Positions 1-11,872 are shown, numbered from the whole stretch's first letter. The stretch: DNA of 60,890 bases, filler included, from Theionarchaea archaeon (GCA_018992565.1; 6 parts of 6 records of this genome joined end to end with filler, not necessarily neighbours in it), one strand, 5' to 3'. Numbers and translations: made by a program. Notes: generated by a model not told the origin, from the letters alone.

Positions 1-144
1 GTCACGGTTGTCTGTAAAGTCTTGGAATTCGTCCCCCTTCATACAACAGGAAAACACCCAATTGTTCTGCAGGATTGGTAAAGATTAAATACATGGTATT
101 CAAGATATACTACTCAAGGATTATGGTCGCAAAATTAAGAACAG

Positions 145-1551
145 GTGAATGTCATGCGACATGATGACAGTATGCACGGATCCTCAGAAGGGATGAGTCG
201 AGTTGGATACTTCATGGTGGCCTGGATTCTCTACTTTCTGATAGTAGCCTTCATGACGGTCATCCTCATGGGGCTGTTGGGATACCCGTCAGTGGTGAGG
301 AACCTTCTTCGGGTGTGTTTGATTTTTGCGTGCGCCACACCTGTGTTCTGGCTCGCTAAAAGGCTCATGGTACAGAGAGTGGGTCACTCGACTGAACACC
401 TTATGCTCGGTAGGGATGCCATCCCCTGGTCCAGAATCGATGGAATTGCATTGAAGAGGAGCGAGATGGGAAATACGTACCTTGTCATCCGTTATAAGGA
501 CGGAACTCTTCCAAAGAGTTATGACACATTTTTTTTCGAGGGCCAGAGGAATTCAGTGAGCCTGTTGAGGGAAAAGGCACGTCAAGAGGGGATTCTCTTC
601 ACCGTTGAGGAAGGTATTGATATTGAAGAAGTAGTTCCTTCACCGACACCATTTCCCACGTCAACATCTTTCCTGCAAGAGATGAAGGTGGAATATGAAC
701 GACAGAAGAAGATACGGGAAGAGAACCTCACGAAAGGGGAGAAAAAAATACGGGAACCCCACATAAAGATACCATCCTGGATGAAACACCCCTGGATGAA
801 ACCGCTCATCATGGTGGCACTGGCAGGGACTTTCTTCCTGGGATTCTCTCTCGTTTTCGACTTTCGAATCTCAGCTGCTCTCTTTATGGTGGTACTTGTG
901 CACGAGACTGGGCATCTCATAGCAATGAAGCTGTTTCACCTGAAAACGCATGGGATATTCTTCATACCTTTCCTGGGGGCAGGAACTGCACCTGAGGAAC
1001 CATTTCCTTCCCCAGAAATTGAGGCTGTAGTGGCAATGGCAGGACCTGCCATGGGGCTCTCATGGAATATCGGTGCGTACTGGCTGGGCGAGCCTTTTGT
1101 CATCACATACGCGGTCCAGGATGCATCCCTGGTATTCTCTTTGATCCTCGTTCTGCATATTGCCGTATACCTCAATTTGGCACTGAACCTGGTAAACCTC
1201 TTACCTCTTCTTCCTTTAGATGGTGGCAGGATTGTAAGAGTTGCTCTGCTGAGAGGGAAAAAGAGCCTGGTCCTGGTGGGTATCGTCACAGTTGGAGGCG
1301 GCATGGCGCTGAGTATTCTTGCCAGAGATGTAATTCTCTTCATCGTGGTTCTCCTGGGAGGAGCTTCTTTGTGGCTGAACTACAAGAGGATCATGAAAAA
1401 AGAGGTCAGCCCTCCAGCAAAATGGACGTGTGTTATGATCCTGGGAGCCTGGATAGGTCTCATATTCCTGTGCTGGTATACCCTCCCTGGCCCATTTAAG
1501 AGGTTGCTGATGGAGCTGTTGGAGATGATAGGGGAAGGGCCCTTCTCATAG
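145..1551 (+). CDS. Site-2 protease (M50 zinc metalloprotease) with extra N-terminal membrane/soluble region
   Basis: HETGH zinc motif, AGP motif, NLLPLLPLDGG motif and multiple hydrophobic segments; exact start uncertain. Confidence 0.88.
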   Translation: MNVMRHDDSMHGSSEGMSRVGYFMVAWILYFLIVAFMTVILMGLLGYPSVVRNLLRVCLIFACATPVFWLAKRLMVQRVGHSTEHLMLGRDAIPWSRIDGIALKRSEMGNTYLVIRYKDGTLPKSYDTFFFEGQRNSVSLLREKARQEGILFTVEEGIDIEEVVPSPTPFPTSTSFLQEMKVEYERQKKIREENLTKGEKKIREPHIKIPSWMKHPWMKPLIMVALAGTFFLGFSLVFDFRISAALFMVVLVHETGHLIAMKLFHLKTHGIFFIPFLGAGTAPEEPFPSPEIEAVVAMAGPAMGLSWNIGAYWLGEPFVITYAVQDASLVFSLILVLHIAVYLNLALNLVNLLPLLPLDGGRIVRVALLRGKKSLVLVGIVTVGGGMALSILARDVILFIVVLLGGASLWLNYKRIMKKEVSPPAKWTCVMILGAWIGLIFLCWYTLPGPFKRLLMELLEMIGEGPFS

Positions 1552-2035
1552 GCTACGTAGTGTCTTCTTCTGAACAACAGATCGTGCTGACAGCAGAGAC
1601 CCCCCTGATGGAGTGAACCTTATACGAGAAGAGGTCCTGAGTACTAACGCGGGTGCTACAGCCAATGGTTGCAGGAGAAAACTTCAGAGATTATTAGAAA
1701 TACACCACAAGGGCTGATAGAGCTAGTGAACCTTTTCTCCTTTACAGGTGCAGTATCCTGAATTCTCTTCTAGGTAGCATTGACACGCAAAGGATTCAGG
1801 TTTGCTCAAAACCCGCAAACCCAAAATATAAGAAGATGTGATCACCTGCTTCTACTAGGGAAAGTAGTTCAAGAGAATGTTGAATCAATCTGGAAGGGAT
1901 ATTGCAGGTCGCAGCGCACGTTAGAGGTATTGCTGTCAATGTGAACGTGAAATACAACTTCTCACAGATCAGAAGAGAAGACTCCAGAGAATTTCAACAT
2001 CAAAAGAGATTTAAATCTAAAAGGAGGTGTATATA

Positions 2036-3220
2036 ATGAGCTGGATAAAACATACAGGCTGCACATATCACAACCAGGACACTGGATACTACTGCGGTGC
2101 TGCAGCTGACATGATGGTTCTGGCAGAAATCGGTGTACCCTACTCCCAGCTTGATCAGAATGATCTGTACAGCTCAAACCATAACCATAACCAACAGCCA
2201 AACTGGTACAGTGACCCCTACGGCATTAGATGGACAATGAACAATCGAAAGCCTCCAGGTGCACTGGGTTTTGTTGTATACAAACCCACAACTTATGAAG
2301 AAGGAACACGAAAGATTATTGATACGATATATGAGTATAATGTCGCTCCCATAGCACTGGTGTATGGCTGCATGCACTGGATCGTTGTTGCAGGTGTACA
2401 GACAAACGTAGAGCCTATCACGGACAACTACATATTGGAAGGATTCTGGATTCACAATCCAGTTTACCATTCGCCTGCTCCACCCCCGCCCCACAGCGCT
2501 TCAGATGGGTGTGGATCTGGAGGGATTACGGGAACTGCGAATGAGTTCGTGAGTCAATCCTACTGGGAGGGGAACCTCTTCACGGGATGCAACTACGACG
2601 ATCCCAATGGAAACCTCCAGTACGTCAGTATCTGTGACCCAAAACCCCCAAGAGTTCCTCCACCCCTGCCTGAAGGAATAAGATTCAAGGGGTTACCGGA
2701 TAGGCTTCTTGATCCAGAGCAGGTGATCAGTCTCAGTACAGCAAGCATGGAGAGGTACAGACTTGACAAAGACGAACGTGTTGCCCCAATACTCCAGAAG
2801 GACAGGGTAGGTGAGCCCCAACTTGTCCTCCGTCTCGATCAGCCGAATACGTACTACTACATTCTTCCCTGGACAACCAAGGAAGGTGCAACCTCTCTTA
2901 CAGCGCAGATAGATGCCCGTTCAGGGGCATTCAACAGCCTTCAGCTGCGAGAGAAATCAAAGAGCAGGGAGTTCTTGTCCAAGAAACAGGCTATTGCACG
3001 GGTTGAAAAGCAGCGATTCACCATGCTTAAGAGACGGAGAACCATTGTCTTCTACCCGGGAGTGACTCAGCCTGTGCCCACGCTGGTCTGGCGTCCCTGC
3101 TGGGAATCGTGGTCTCCACATCTGCCCTTCTACCAGTTCACCCTGGGGAATGACACGGTCTACGTTCGGGTGGATGGCCAGGTATTTACAGAGCTCACCA
3201 CAAAGGGACGTGGAGCCTAG
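2036..3220 (+). CDS. Papain-fold C39-like cysteine peptidase with C-terminal PepSY-like region
   Basis: NQDTGYYCGAAA (Gln...Cys), MHWIVVAG (His), IHNP; RBS GGAGGTG before ATG 2036; no signal peptide. Confidence 0.65.
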   Translation: MSWIKHTGCTYHNQDTGYYCGAAADMMVLAEIGVPYSQLDQNDLYSSNHNHNQQPNWYSDPYGIRWTMNNRKPPGALGFVVYKPTTYEEGTRKIIDTIYEYNVAPIALVYGCMHWIVVAGVQTNVEPITDNYILEGFWIHNPVYHSPAPPPPHSASDGCGSGGITGTANEFVSQSYWEGNLFTGCNYDDPNGNLQYVSICDPKPPRVPPPLPEGIRFKGLPDRLLDPEQVISLSTASMERYRLDKDERVAPILQKDRVGEPQLVLRLDQPNTYYYILPWTTKEGATSLTAQIDARSGAFNSLQLREKSKSREFLSKKQAIARVEKQRFTMLKRRRTIVFYPGVTQPVPTLVWRPCWESWSPHLPFYQFTLGNDTVYVRVDGQVFTELTTKGRGA

Positions 3221-3238
3221 CTCTATGAGGAACTGAGA

Positions 3239-3748
3239 ATGAATACTGCAAATAATACCCACGGACCACGTATTGACACATCTGAAGCAGTGGATGCTGC
3301 CAGGCGTGGTATCCTGGATTACAGCCTGGATAAGGACCCTGCTGTTGCATCTGCTGTGAAAGGCGGACATCCTGGGACTCCACTGCTGGTGGAACGGCTC
3401 GACAGGCCAGGAGACGCCTACTACCTGGTCCCCTGGAGAACAAAGGAGGGCGTTGTCTTCATTGTGGAAGTTGATGCAGCCACTGGTGCTATGCTGGCTT
3501 CATCAACCTTCCCGAATCCAATACCCTCACCTTTTCTTTTGCCAGAGGATGCAGCACACTGTGCTGCCCGGGAGTTTCCCCAGTACACACTGGGGGAGCC
3601 CAGACTTGTCTGGAAACCCTGTCGCGAAAGCACCAGCTCCATGCGTCCATTCTACCAGGTCCCCTTTGACCATGGGTTCCTCTATGTAGACATGGAGGGT
3701 TCAACACTGCTGGAGCTCACTCCACTTGGATTGGGAGGAACACACTGA
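3239..3748 (+). CDS. Stand-alone paralog of the C-terminal domain of the upstream peptidase
   Basis: Shares LDKD, RLDxP..YYxxPW, xDAxxGA, LVWxPCxES, PFYQ and ELT motifs with the last ~175 aa of 2036-3220. Confidence 0.75.
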   Translation: MNTANNTHGPRIDTSEAVDAARRGILDYSLDKDPAVASAVKGGHPGTPLLVERLDRPGDAYYLVPWRTKEGVVFIVEVDAATGAMLASSTFPNPIPSPFLLPEDAAHCAAREFPQYTLGEPRLVWKPCRESTSSMRPFYQVPFDHGFLYVDMEGSTLLELTPLGLGGTH

Positions 3749-3765
3749 CGTGGTCTACTGCCAGC

Positions 3766-4245
3766 TCAATCTGCGGCTGTATCCTGTGATGCGTGCAGTT
3801 GTTCCTTCTTGGGTAGCGTGATCTCCAGAACGCCATTCTTGTAGGTTGTCCTTGCCGCATCTGACTGCACCAGAGCAGGAAGCGGAATCACCCTGTAGAA
3901 CCCCAGGTATCTCCTTCCATATGCCATGAATCCTTCTTTTTCCTCTCTCACTTCGTCCTTCACCTGTGCCTTCATCTCCACTCTGTCGTCTCTTACCCTT
4001 ACATCAATATCGTCTCTCTCTATCCCTGGGAACTCTGCTGTCACGATGACATTCGTCTCAGTCTCCTGTACATCTACAAGAGGATCTCTCGTTCCCACTT
4101 CCTGATTCTTTCCCTGTTCCTGTCCCTGTTCTTGCAGTGCTGTACCTGGTCCTAATTGATACGGTGACTGTGAAAAGAATGTGTTGAACAACCTATCCAT
4201 TTCTTCTTCCATTCTTCGCATTTCATCTATAATGTTCCAGTCCAT
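3766..4245 (-). CDS. hsp20: Small heat shock protein (Hsp20/alpha-crystallin)
   Basis: DVQET..VIVTAEFPG, YKNGVLEITLPK; RBS GAGGTGA. Confidence 0.95.
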   Translation of the reverse strand: MDWNIIDEMRRMEEEMDRLFNTFFSQSPYQLGPGTALQEQGQEQGKNQEVGTRDPLVDVQETETNVIVTAEFPGIERDDIDVRVRDDRVEMKAQVKDEVREEKEGFMAYGRRYLGFYRVIPLPALVQSDAARTTYKNGVLEITLPKKEQLHASQDTAAD

Positions 4246-4262
4246 AATATCACCTCAATTAA

Positions 4263-4307
4263 CTTTACTTAATGTTAAGTTAACTTTAAGTATATAAATC
4301 TTTCGGT
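4263..4307 (-). promoter_or_regulatory. BRE/TATA promoter plus palindromic operator of hsp20 (copy 1)
   Basis: Minus strand reads ACCGAAAGATTTATATACTTAAAGTTAACTTAACATTAAGTAAAG, 44/45 identical to 8802-8846. Confidence 0.85.
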
Positions 4308-4464
4308 GGCATTGAGAAGCATTCTACGGGATTTGATTTCGTGATTTGTGCAATCAGTACATCTCCTTCACTTTGAAAAATCAGAAAGGTAGATGAGGAG
4401 ATCACATGGAGAACCGTTATATACTCTGAATACAAAGCGAGCTCATGGATTCTGGAGGAGTGTA

Positions 4465-5579
4465 ATGGTGTCAATATACTCTGGAATAGTGATGGTTCTC
4501 ATGCTGGTGATACTGCCTTCCCAGGATTCTCCCGAGATTCCCATAGTGGTGGAACAACACAACCAGGTGGCCCCTGCACTTTACGGGACTGTTGTAGTGT
4601 GGGAAGATAATAGAAATGGCAATTCGGATATCTACGGATATGATCTTTCAACAGGGGAGGAATTTCAGGTTACCATAGATGAAAGCCACCAGGAGAATCC
4701 AGCCATCTATGACCGAATAATAGTGTGGGAAGATAATAGAAATGGCAATTCAGATATCTATGGGTACGACCTTACAACAGGGGAGAAATTTCAGGTTACC
4801 ACCAACGACAGAGATCAGACTGCTCCTGAAATTTATGAGAACATTATAGTCTGGCAGGATGATAGAAATGGCAATTCAGATATCTATGGATATGATCTTT
4901 CAACAGGGGAGGAATTCCAGATTACGTCAGATGATGGTAATCAGCACTTTCCTGCAATCTATGGGGAAATAGTGGTATGGGAAGACTGCAGGAATGGAAA
5001 CAAGGATATCTATGGGTACAACATGACGACGCACGAGGAATTCCAGATGACTGATGAATTTAGAGACGAGCGGTTTCCTGTCATTTATCAAGATGTGGTA
5101 ATCTGGAACAGCTATCCCGAGGTTCATCCTGGAGGTGAATGTATGAAACCGGACATGGTTTTTGGAAAGGATATTCTTGTTTTTTCAACTGATCCTTCAA
5201 ATCACGGTATTAATGGGTACAACCTGTCCACAGGGAGCACCTTCAGGGTTATCAAGAATGGGGTGAGTAGTGCTCCTGCGCTTTCTGTGAGGTTGGTGGT
5301 GTGGACAGATACGAGGGATATTGATGACGTGTATTCGCCCACTGTTGACAGTGATATTTATGGGTATGATCTTTCTTCTCGGAGAGAGATTCAAGTAACA
5401 ACGGATCCAGACAGGCAGGCATACCCTGCAGTGTACGATACGACTGTGGTATGGGTTGATTACCGGAATGGTAATCCAGATATTTACGGGCGCATTCTGA
5501 CGGATCTACCGGAATCATACGCTTTTTCTTTTCTGGGTGTTCTTGCTGTGATCTTGGTTGTTATGGGCATCCTGGTCAT
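4465..5579 (+). CDS. Cell-surface beta-propeller repeat protein with N-terminal signal and C-terminal TM helix; 3' end lost in N gap
   Basis: Repeated ~42-aa unit PAIYxxIVVWEDNRNGNSDIYGYDLxTGEEFQVT (126-bp DNA repeats from ~4595); ORF track falsely fuses it across the gap. Confidence 0.85.
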
Positions 5580-5679
5580 NNNNNNNNNNNNNNNNNNNNN
5601 NNNNNNNNNNNNNNNNNNNNNNNNNNNNNNNNNNNNNNNNNNNNNNNNNNNNNNNNNNNNNNNNNNNNNNNNNNNNNNN

Positions 5680-6520
5680 TGCTGGCATCTGTTGGGGCAC
5701 TATCCCCATAGCTGTCAAGCAGACGTATGCTGCAGGATCTGCCACAGCCCTGGAGATGAGTGTATTCAGGTTTGTGATAGCTGGAATAATCCTGGGAGGG
5801 GTAACTGCAGCAAGGCGGGAACCTCTTCTCATGAGGAACAAGTGGTCAGTACTCATGGGGTTCTGTGGTGTCTTCTGGATGTCATTCGTCAGCTTCTTCG
5901 GGATTCAGTACACTTCTGCTGTCAATGCAAGTATCTTGTCAAATTCAAACCCCTTGATGGTGGCTGCTCTTGTTTCTGTATTGGGGCTGGAACCTGTAAC
6001 CTGGAAAACAGTGGGAGGGATAGTACTGGGAATTACAGGAGTGGTCCTGGTCTCTGGAATAGAAGCAAATGTACACATTCTTGGAGATGCATTGGTCCTG
6101 GTGGCTGCTCTTGGATGGGCCCTGTACACGGTACTTGGGAGCAGCCTGAAAGGATATTCCAGTTTTACTGTGACTTCCAGCAGTCTTCTGTGGGGTCTTC
6201 CGTTTTATGTAGTGGCAATAATGGTGACGGGAGATGTGCCGCAGGTTTCTGGTGCAGCCTGGATGTGGATTCTCTATATTGGGGTCGTCCCGACAGCTCT
6301 TGCCTTTGTATGCTATGTGAAGGCTGTGGATTTGATGGGATCGACTCGAGCTGCTGTTTTCCAGTATCTGGCTCCCGCAGTAGCTGTCCTTATATCTGCT
6401 GCCTGTGGATTGGAAGAGATATCTGGTTTTCAGATTGGAGGAGTTGCACTGATAATCGGAGGGATAGAATTGACTCGGAGACATAATGAGAACCTGGTTG
6501 ATCGTGATCTAGAAAAATGA
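5680..6520 (+). CDS. EamA/DMT family transporter (5' end in gap)
   Basis: WG..P, RF.IA, TSAVNASIL, GDALVL.AAL.WALYTV, AAVFQYLAP; about 10 TM helices. Confidence 0.9.
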
Positions 6521-6729
6521 ATTCATGTGCATTGGGTTCATGGTCTCCACTAGTGATATTCATTTAATCCTTCATATGGTGGAAAGCTTATGCCCCATAG
6601 AGCAGCTGCTGCTCTGAATTTGGGGATGATTGGTTTCTGATTGTGGTTTGAGGATAGAGTCGTGATTGTGCGAAGGTGTGCAATGATGTGGGATAGATTT
6701 AAATAGGAAGAAAGTGCATAAAATGTGAA

Positions 6730-6816
6730 GCCGAGGTGGCCCAGTCTGGTACGGCGCAGGCCTGCTAAGTCTGTGGGCGCAAGCCCTCCAGGGTTCAAAT
6801 CCCTGCCTCGGCGCCA
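6730..6816 (+). tRNA. tRNA-Ser(GCT) with long variable arm and encoded CCA
   Basis: Acceptor stem GCCGAGG/CCTCGGC, anticodon arm CAGGC-CTGCTAA-GTCTG, T arm CAGGG-TTCAAAT-CCCTG, discriminator G; TTTAAATA box at 6698-6705. Confidence 0.95.
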
Positions 6817-6818
6817 GA

Positions 6819-6918
6819 NNNNNNNNNNNNNNNNNNNNNNNNNNNNNNNNNNNNNNNNNNNNTTAATTAATTAANNNNNNNNNNNNNNNNNNNNNNNNNN
6901 NNNNNNNNNNNNNNNNNN
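6819..6918. other. Artificial scaffold linker (N44-TTAATTAATTAA-N44); same linker at 13699-13798, 20562-20661, 27422-27521 and 54678-54777
   Basis: Identical 100-nt spacer with stops in all six frames; flanking genes are truncated. Confidence 0.97.
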
Positions 6919-7373
6919 TTTTCATGGTGCGTCACTTTCCACATCAGGTTGTTGACACACAGACTATCAAAGAAAAGAAATGGTTCCGCTTCCCTAAGCT
7001 CCAGGTTGGTTCATGAATTTCACCATCATCCTGACTACAGGTTTTCAATTATTATCCCTTTTTATGCTGCAAGAACTCAGGAAATTAGCTTAATCCACAG
7101 TTTTATTCTTTGTGCCAGGATTGGAATCCCAATTTTCGCAAAAATGACGTGATTCATTGCGAAATTCGTTGAGGATTTCGCAATACACTAAGCTCCTAAG
7201 AGGGCAACATTGGAGATTCTTGAGAGATTATGAAAGGATTCTAGAGTGGAACCCGAAAAACTTATATCCTCAACATACTATAATAGGGTAGTCAGGAGAA
7301 CTGAGCATATCAATCAAGACGGAACGAAAGATTTATAAGTGCTCAGTGGGAAGTCCAGAGAAAAGGTGTAGAA

Positions 7374-8510
7374 ATGGATAAGCGAGATCTCAAAATCCTG
7401 GAAAAGCTGTACGAACATGGTCCGAAGAATCTGCCCCAGTTGGTTCGCTCTCTAGAGATTCCTGAAAAAACTACCTATAGACGAATCCGAAATATGGAGC
7501 AACGGGGATATCTTATTGCCACAGTAAAACCCAACTACAAAGCTCTGCGAATGCGTTACATCGTGGTTTTCTCTGAGGCTCTTTCTCACAAAGCAAAGGA
7601 CATGTTATGCTCTCCTGACATTAAAGGTGTATCCAATTGTATCGGATATATGAATGGTTACTGCACAACCCATGCGGTAGCAGAAAAGAATGTCGATGAC
7701 TTCAAGCGGTATGTAGAATACCTGCGAGGTGAAGACATAGTTAGCAAGTATCGTATGTACGAGACTGTGCGGTTCCATCAGATTCCGGTAAAGTCGGATG
7801 CATATTTGGAAAGAAGACCCTTTGATTGGGATGCCTGGATTGATTCTGTCCAAGAAGGAAAACCAGAGGAAGAGAAAAAGAGGAAGAGAAAAACGAAGTT
7901 CGACAAACTGGACCTCTTCATGCTCAAGGAGCTGGAGCTTAATCCACGACAGGAATGGGTGGAGATCGCTGAAAAGTGGAAGAAGGTTACTGATGATGAG
8001 CTTTCCATTGACTCGCTTTCCAAAAAGATTGGATGGCGATTCTCAAATCGTCATCAGAACCTTATTGAAACGTTCTTCGTGGCTGCTTCCAAAATGCGCG
8101 GAGAAAGGCTATTTGACTTGACGAATCTTTTCTACGTTGCGTTGCATGCTAAGAATGAAAACTACGCATATGGAATCGGACGGGCACTCAATGGTCTCTC
8201 CGGTCTTCCCGCTTTTGCATACTGGTCAAAAGTGCAGGGAATCCCATCTGTGATCTGCAAGTTTCAGATGTATAAAGAAGACTGCTTCGACTTCTTTGAG
8301 GCTCTGTTACGCCTGCAGGACTCAGGCGTGCTGACGGGTGTGGAAACCTACATGCTTTCACGGCAAAAGGCACTATCCCGGACAATCCCACTGGAATTGT
8401 TCGAGAGTGGAGACTGGAAGAAGATCAACTTCGAAGACTACAAGGGGGGTGAAAATTGTGAAGAAGTCTTCAGCACGACTACTAGCACTGGGAGGTCTGG
8501 TCAGCCCTGA
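7374..8510 (+). CDS. Lrp/AsnC-like transcription regulator with two winged-HTH modules
   Basis: N-terminal MDKRDLKILEKL...TTYRRIRNME; second FDKLDLFMLKELELNPRQEWVEIAEK; CGAAAGATTTATA promoter at 7325-7337. Confidence 0.75.
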   Translation: MDKRDLKILEKLYEHGPKNLPQLVRSLEIPEKTTYRRIRNMEQRGYLIATVKPNYKALRMRYIVVFSEALSHKAKDMLCSPDIKGVSNCIGYMNGYCTTHAVAEKNVDDFKRYVEYLRGEDIVSKYRMYETVRFHQIPVKSDAYLERRPFDWDAWIDSVQEGKPEEEKKRKRKTKFDKLDLFMLKELELNPRQEWVEIAEKWKKVTDDELSIDSLSKKIGWRFSNRHQNLIETFFVAASKMRGERLFDLTNLFYVALHAKNENYAYGIGRALNGLSGLPAFAYWSKVQGIPSVICKFQMYKEDCFDFFEALLRLQDSGVLTGVETYMLSRQKALSRTIPLELFESGDWKKINFEDYKGGENCEEVFSTTTSTGRSGQP

Positions 8511-8592
8511 GCAAGCAGATCTCTCCGGCGACTGCAATCCGAGAGTGAAATGCAGGTCTTCGTGGAAGCCCGCAGGGAATCACCCGGATTGA
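8458..8592 (+). CDS. Putative 44-aa peptide MKKSSARLLALGGLVSPEQADLSGDCNPRVKCRSSWKPAGNHPD
   Basis: GGGGGTGA RBS then GTG 8458; T-rich terminator-like tract follows; overlaps the 3' end of the regulator. Confidence 0.45.
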   Translation: MKKSSARLLALGGLVSPEQADLSGDCNPRVKCRSSWKPAGNHPD

Positions 8593-8801
8593 AACGTTCT
8601 TCTCTTTTCCATTTTTTCGCTTTATTTTTTCCCTTTGTCCTCTTTCCTGTAGAGGGCTGTACTCTCTAGATGTTTTCGACTGGTTTTCACATACTTGTGG
8701 CTATCTGAATCTAGAAAGAGCATTTTATAACATCAAAGCCTCTGAGACCATCCTGTCCTGGCCAGAGTATTCGTACACTATCGCATTTGTGCAGCCACTA
8801 G

Positions 8802-8846
8802 ACCGAAAGATTTATATACTTGAAGTTAACTTAACATTAAGTAAAG
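8802..8846 (+). promoter_or_regulatory. BRE/TATA promoter plus palindromic operator of hsp20-cdc48 operon (copy 2)
   Basis: ACCGAAAGATTTATATACTTGAAGTTAACTTAACATTAAGTAAAG; palindromes AAGTTAACTT and ACTTAA-CA-TTAAGT. Confidence 0.85.
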
Positions 8847-8866
8847 GTAAGAAAGAGGTGATACCA

Positions 8867-9334
8867 ATGTCTTGGGACATCTTTGATGAGATACAGAAGA
8901 TGCAGGAAGAGATGGACAGAATGTTCAATGACTTCTTTCGACGTCCGTATTACCAATCACAGGGACCCGGAAAATCATTACAGGAATCAGGAGAAAGGGC
9001 AGCCCCCAGGTTGAGAGAAGCCTTCACCGATGTGCAGGAGACTGATAGCGAGGTCATCATAACTGTAGAGCTTCCTGGAATGAGCAAGGAAGATATCCAA
9101 CTGAATATTACTTCTGACAGACTGGAAATAAGGGCAGAGACCAAAGAAGAACAAACGGAAACAAAAGGAGACTACAGATTATCTGGAAAGAGATACGCTG
9201 GCTTTTACCGCAGCATTCCATTTCCTGTGCCTGTTAAGGCTGAAAAAGCCAAGGCAACGTACAAGAATGGCGTCTTGGAAGTCATTTTGCCCAAGAAAGA
9301 AGTCACTGAATCACGAAATATCAAGATCGACTAA
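8867..9334 (+). CDS. hsp20: Small heat shock protein (Hsp20)
   Basis: DVQETDSEVIITVELPG, KAKATYKNGVLEVILPK; RBS GAGGTGA before ATG 8867. Confidence 0.95.
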   Translation: MSWDIFDEIQKMQEEMDRMFNDFFRRPYYQSQGPGKSLQESGERAAPRLREAFTDVQETDSEVIITVELPGMSKEDIQLNITSDRLEIRAETKEEQTETKGDYRLSGKRYAGFYRSIPFPVPVKAEKAKATYKNGVLEVILPKKEVTESRNIKID

Positions 9335-9366
9335 TACCATCAGAACGTTTCCTCTTTCTTTTTTGA

Positions 9367-11508
<2,142 letters not shown>

Positions 11509-11716
11509 ACTTCTTCCTCCTTCTGTTTTCTTTCTTTTCTTGTCAACTTTTTTTTCTCTTTGGAAAATTACCTTCTACCTAGATGACTATATCCTCCGTC
11601 ATTTCCACCCTGTAGGCACAATCTTGTGCAGTTACTGGGTTCTTTTCTTGATTGCACAGGTGTGAACAACTGCATGACCATGCAAAAATTTATATAGGTG
11701 TTACCAACAAGGAACG

Positions 11717-11872
11717 ATGGAGGAAAGGAAGATAGAACTGTGTGTCTATCTATATACTGGGTGTCTGCTGTAGCTCTGGTCATGTACCGACAGGCTGCAG
11801 CGTAGCTGTCCGCAGGGAGCGGACAGAGAACGCAGTAGTCCCTTTCTCCTCCTGATTTTAGGAGGTGGAAAG
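11717..11872 (+). promoter_or_regulatory. Structured 5' leader with 18-aa uORF (MEERKIELCVYLYTGCLL, 11717-11773) and RBS-sequestering hairpin
   Basis: TTTATATA ~25 nt upstream; stems 11766-74/11794-802 and 11806-13/11819-26; anti-SD CCTCCT 11848-53 pairs with AGGAGG 11860-65. Confidence 0.5.

Noticed and set aside
1552..2026. 475-bp intergenic region with short hairpins (e.g. GGTTTGC...GCAAACC near 1799-1821)
   Set aside because: No recognisable ncRNA family or convincing ORF; stems are short enough to arise by chance.
4595..5050. 126-bp direct repeats resembling an array
   Set aside because: In-frame coding repeats of beta-propeller blades; no repeat-spacer structure, so not CRISPR.
4393..6486. 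697-aa ORF with a Cys-rich C-terminal half
   Set aside because: False fusion across the 100-N gap; the Cys-rich half is an off-frame reading of the EamA gene.
6863..6874. TTAATTAATTAA palindrome recurring five times
   Set aside because: Always centred in an N-padded 100-nt spacer; an artificial contig linker. Gene adjacency across it is meaningless.
11771..11773. Amber read-through or pyrrolysine recoding (uORF is in frame with GH3; similar in-frame TAG at 41285)
   Set aside because: TAG is the ordinary stop of many genes here (e.g. 1551, 3220, 11508, 19961), no pyl genes are visible, and GH3 has its own RBS.
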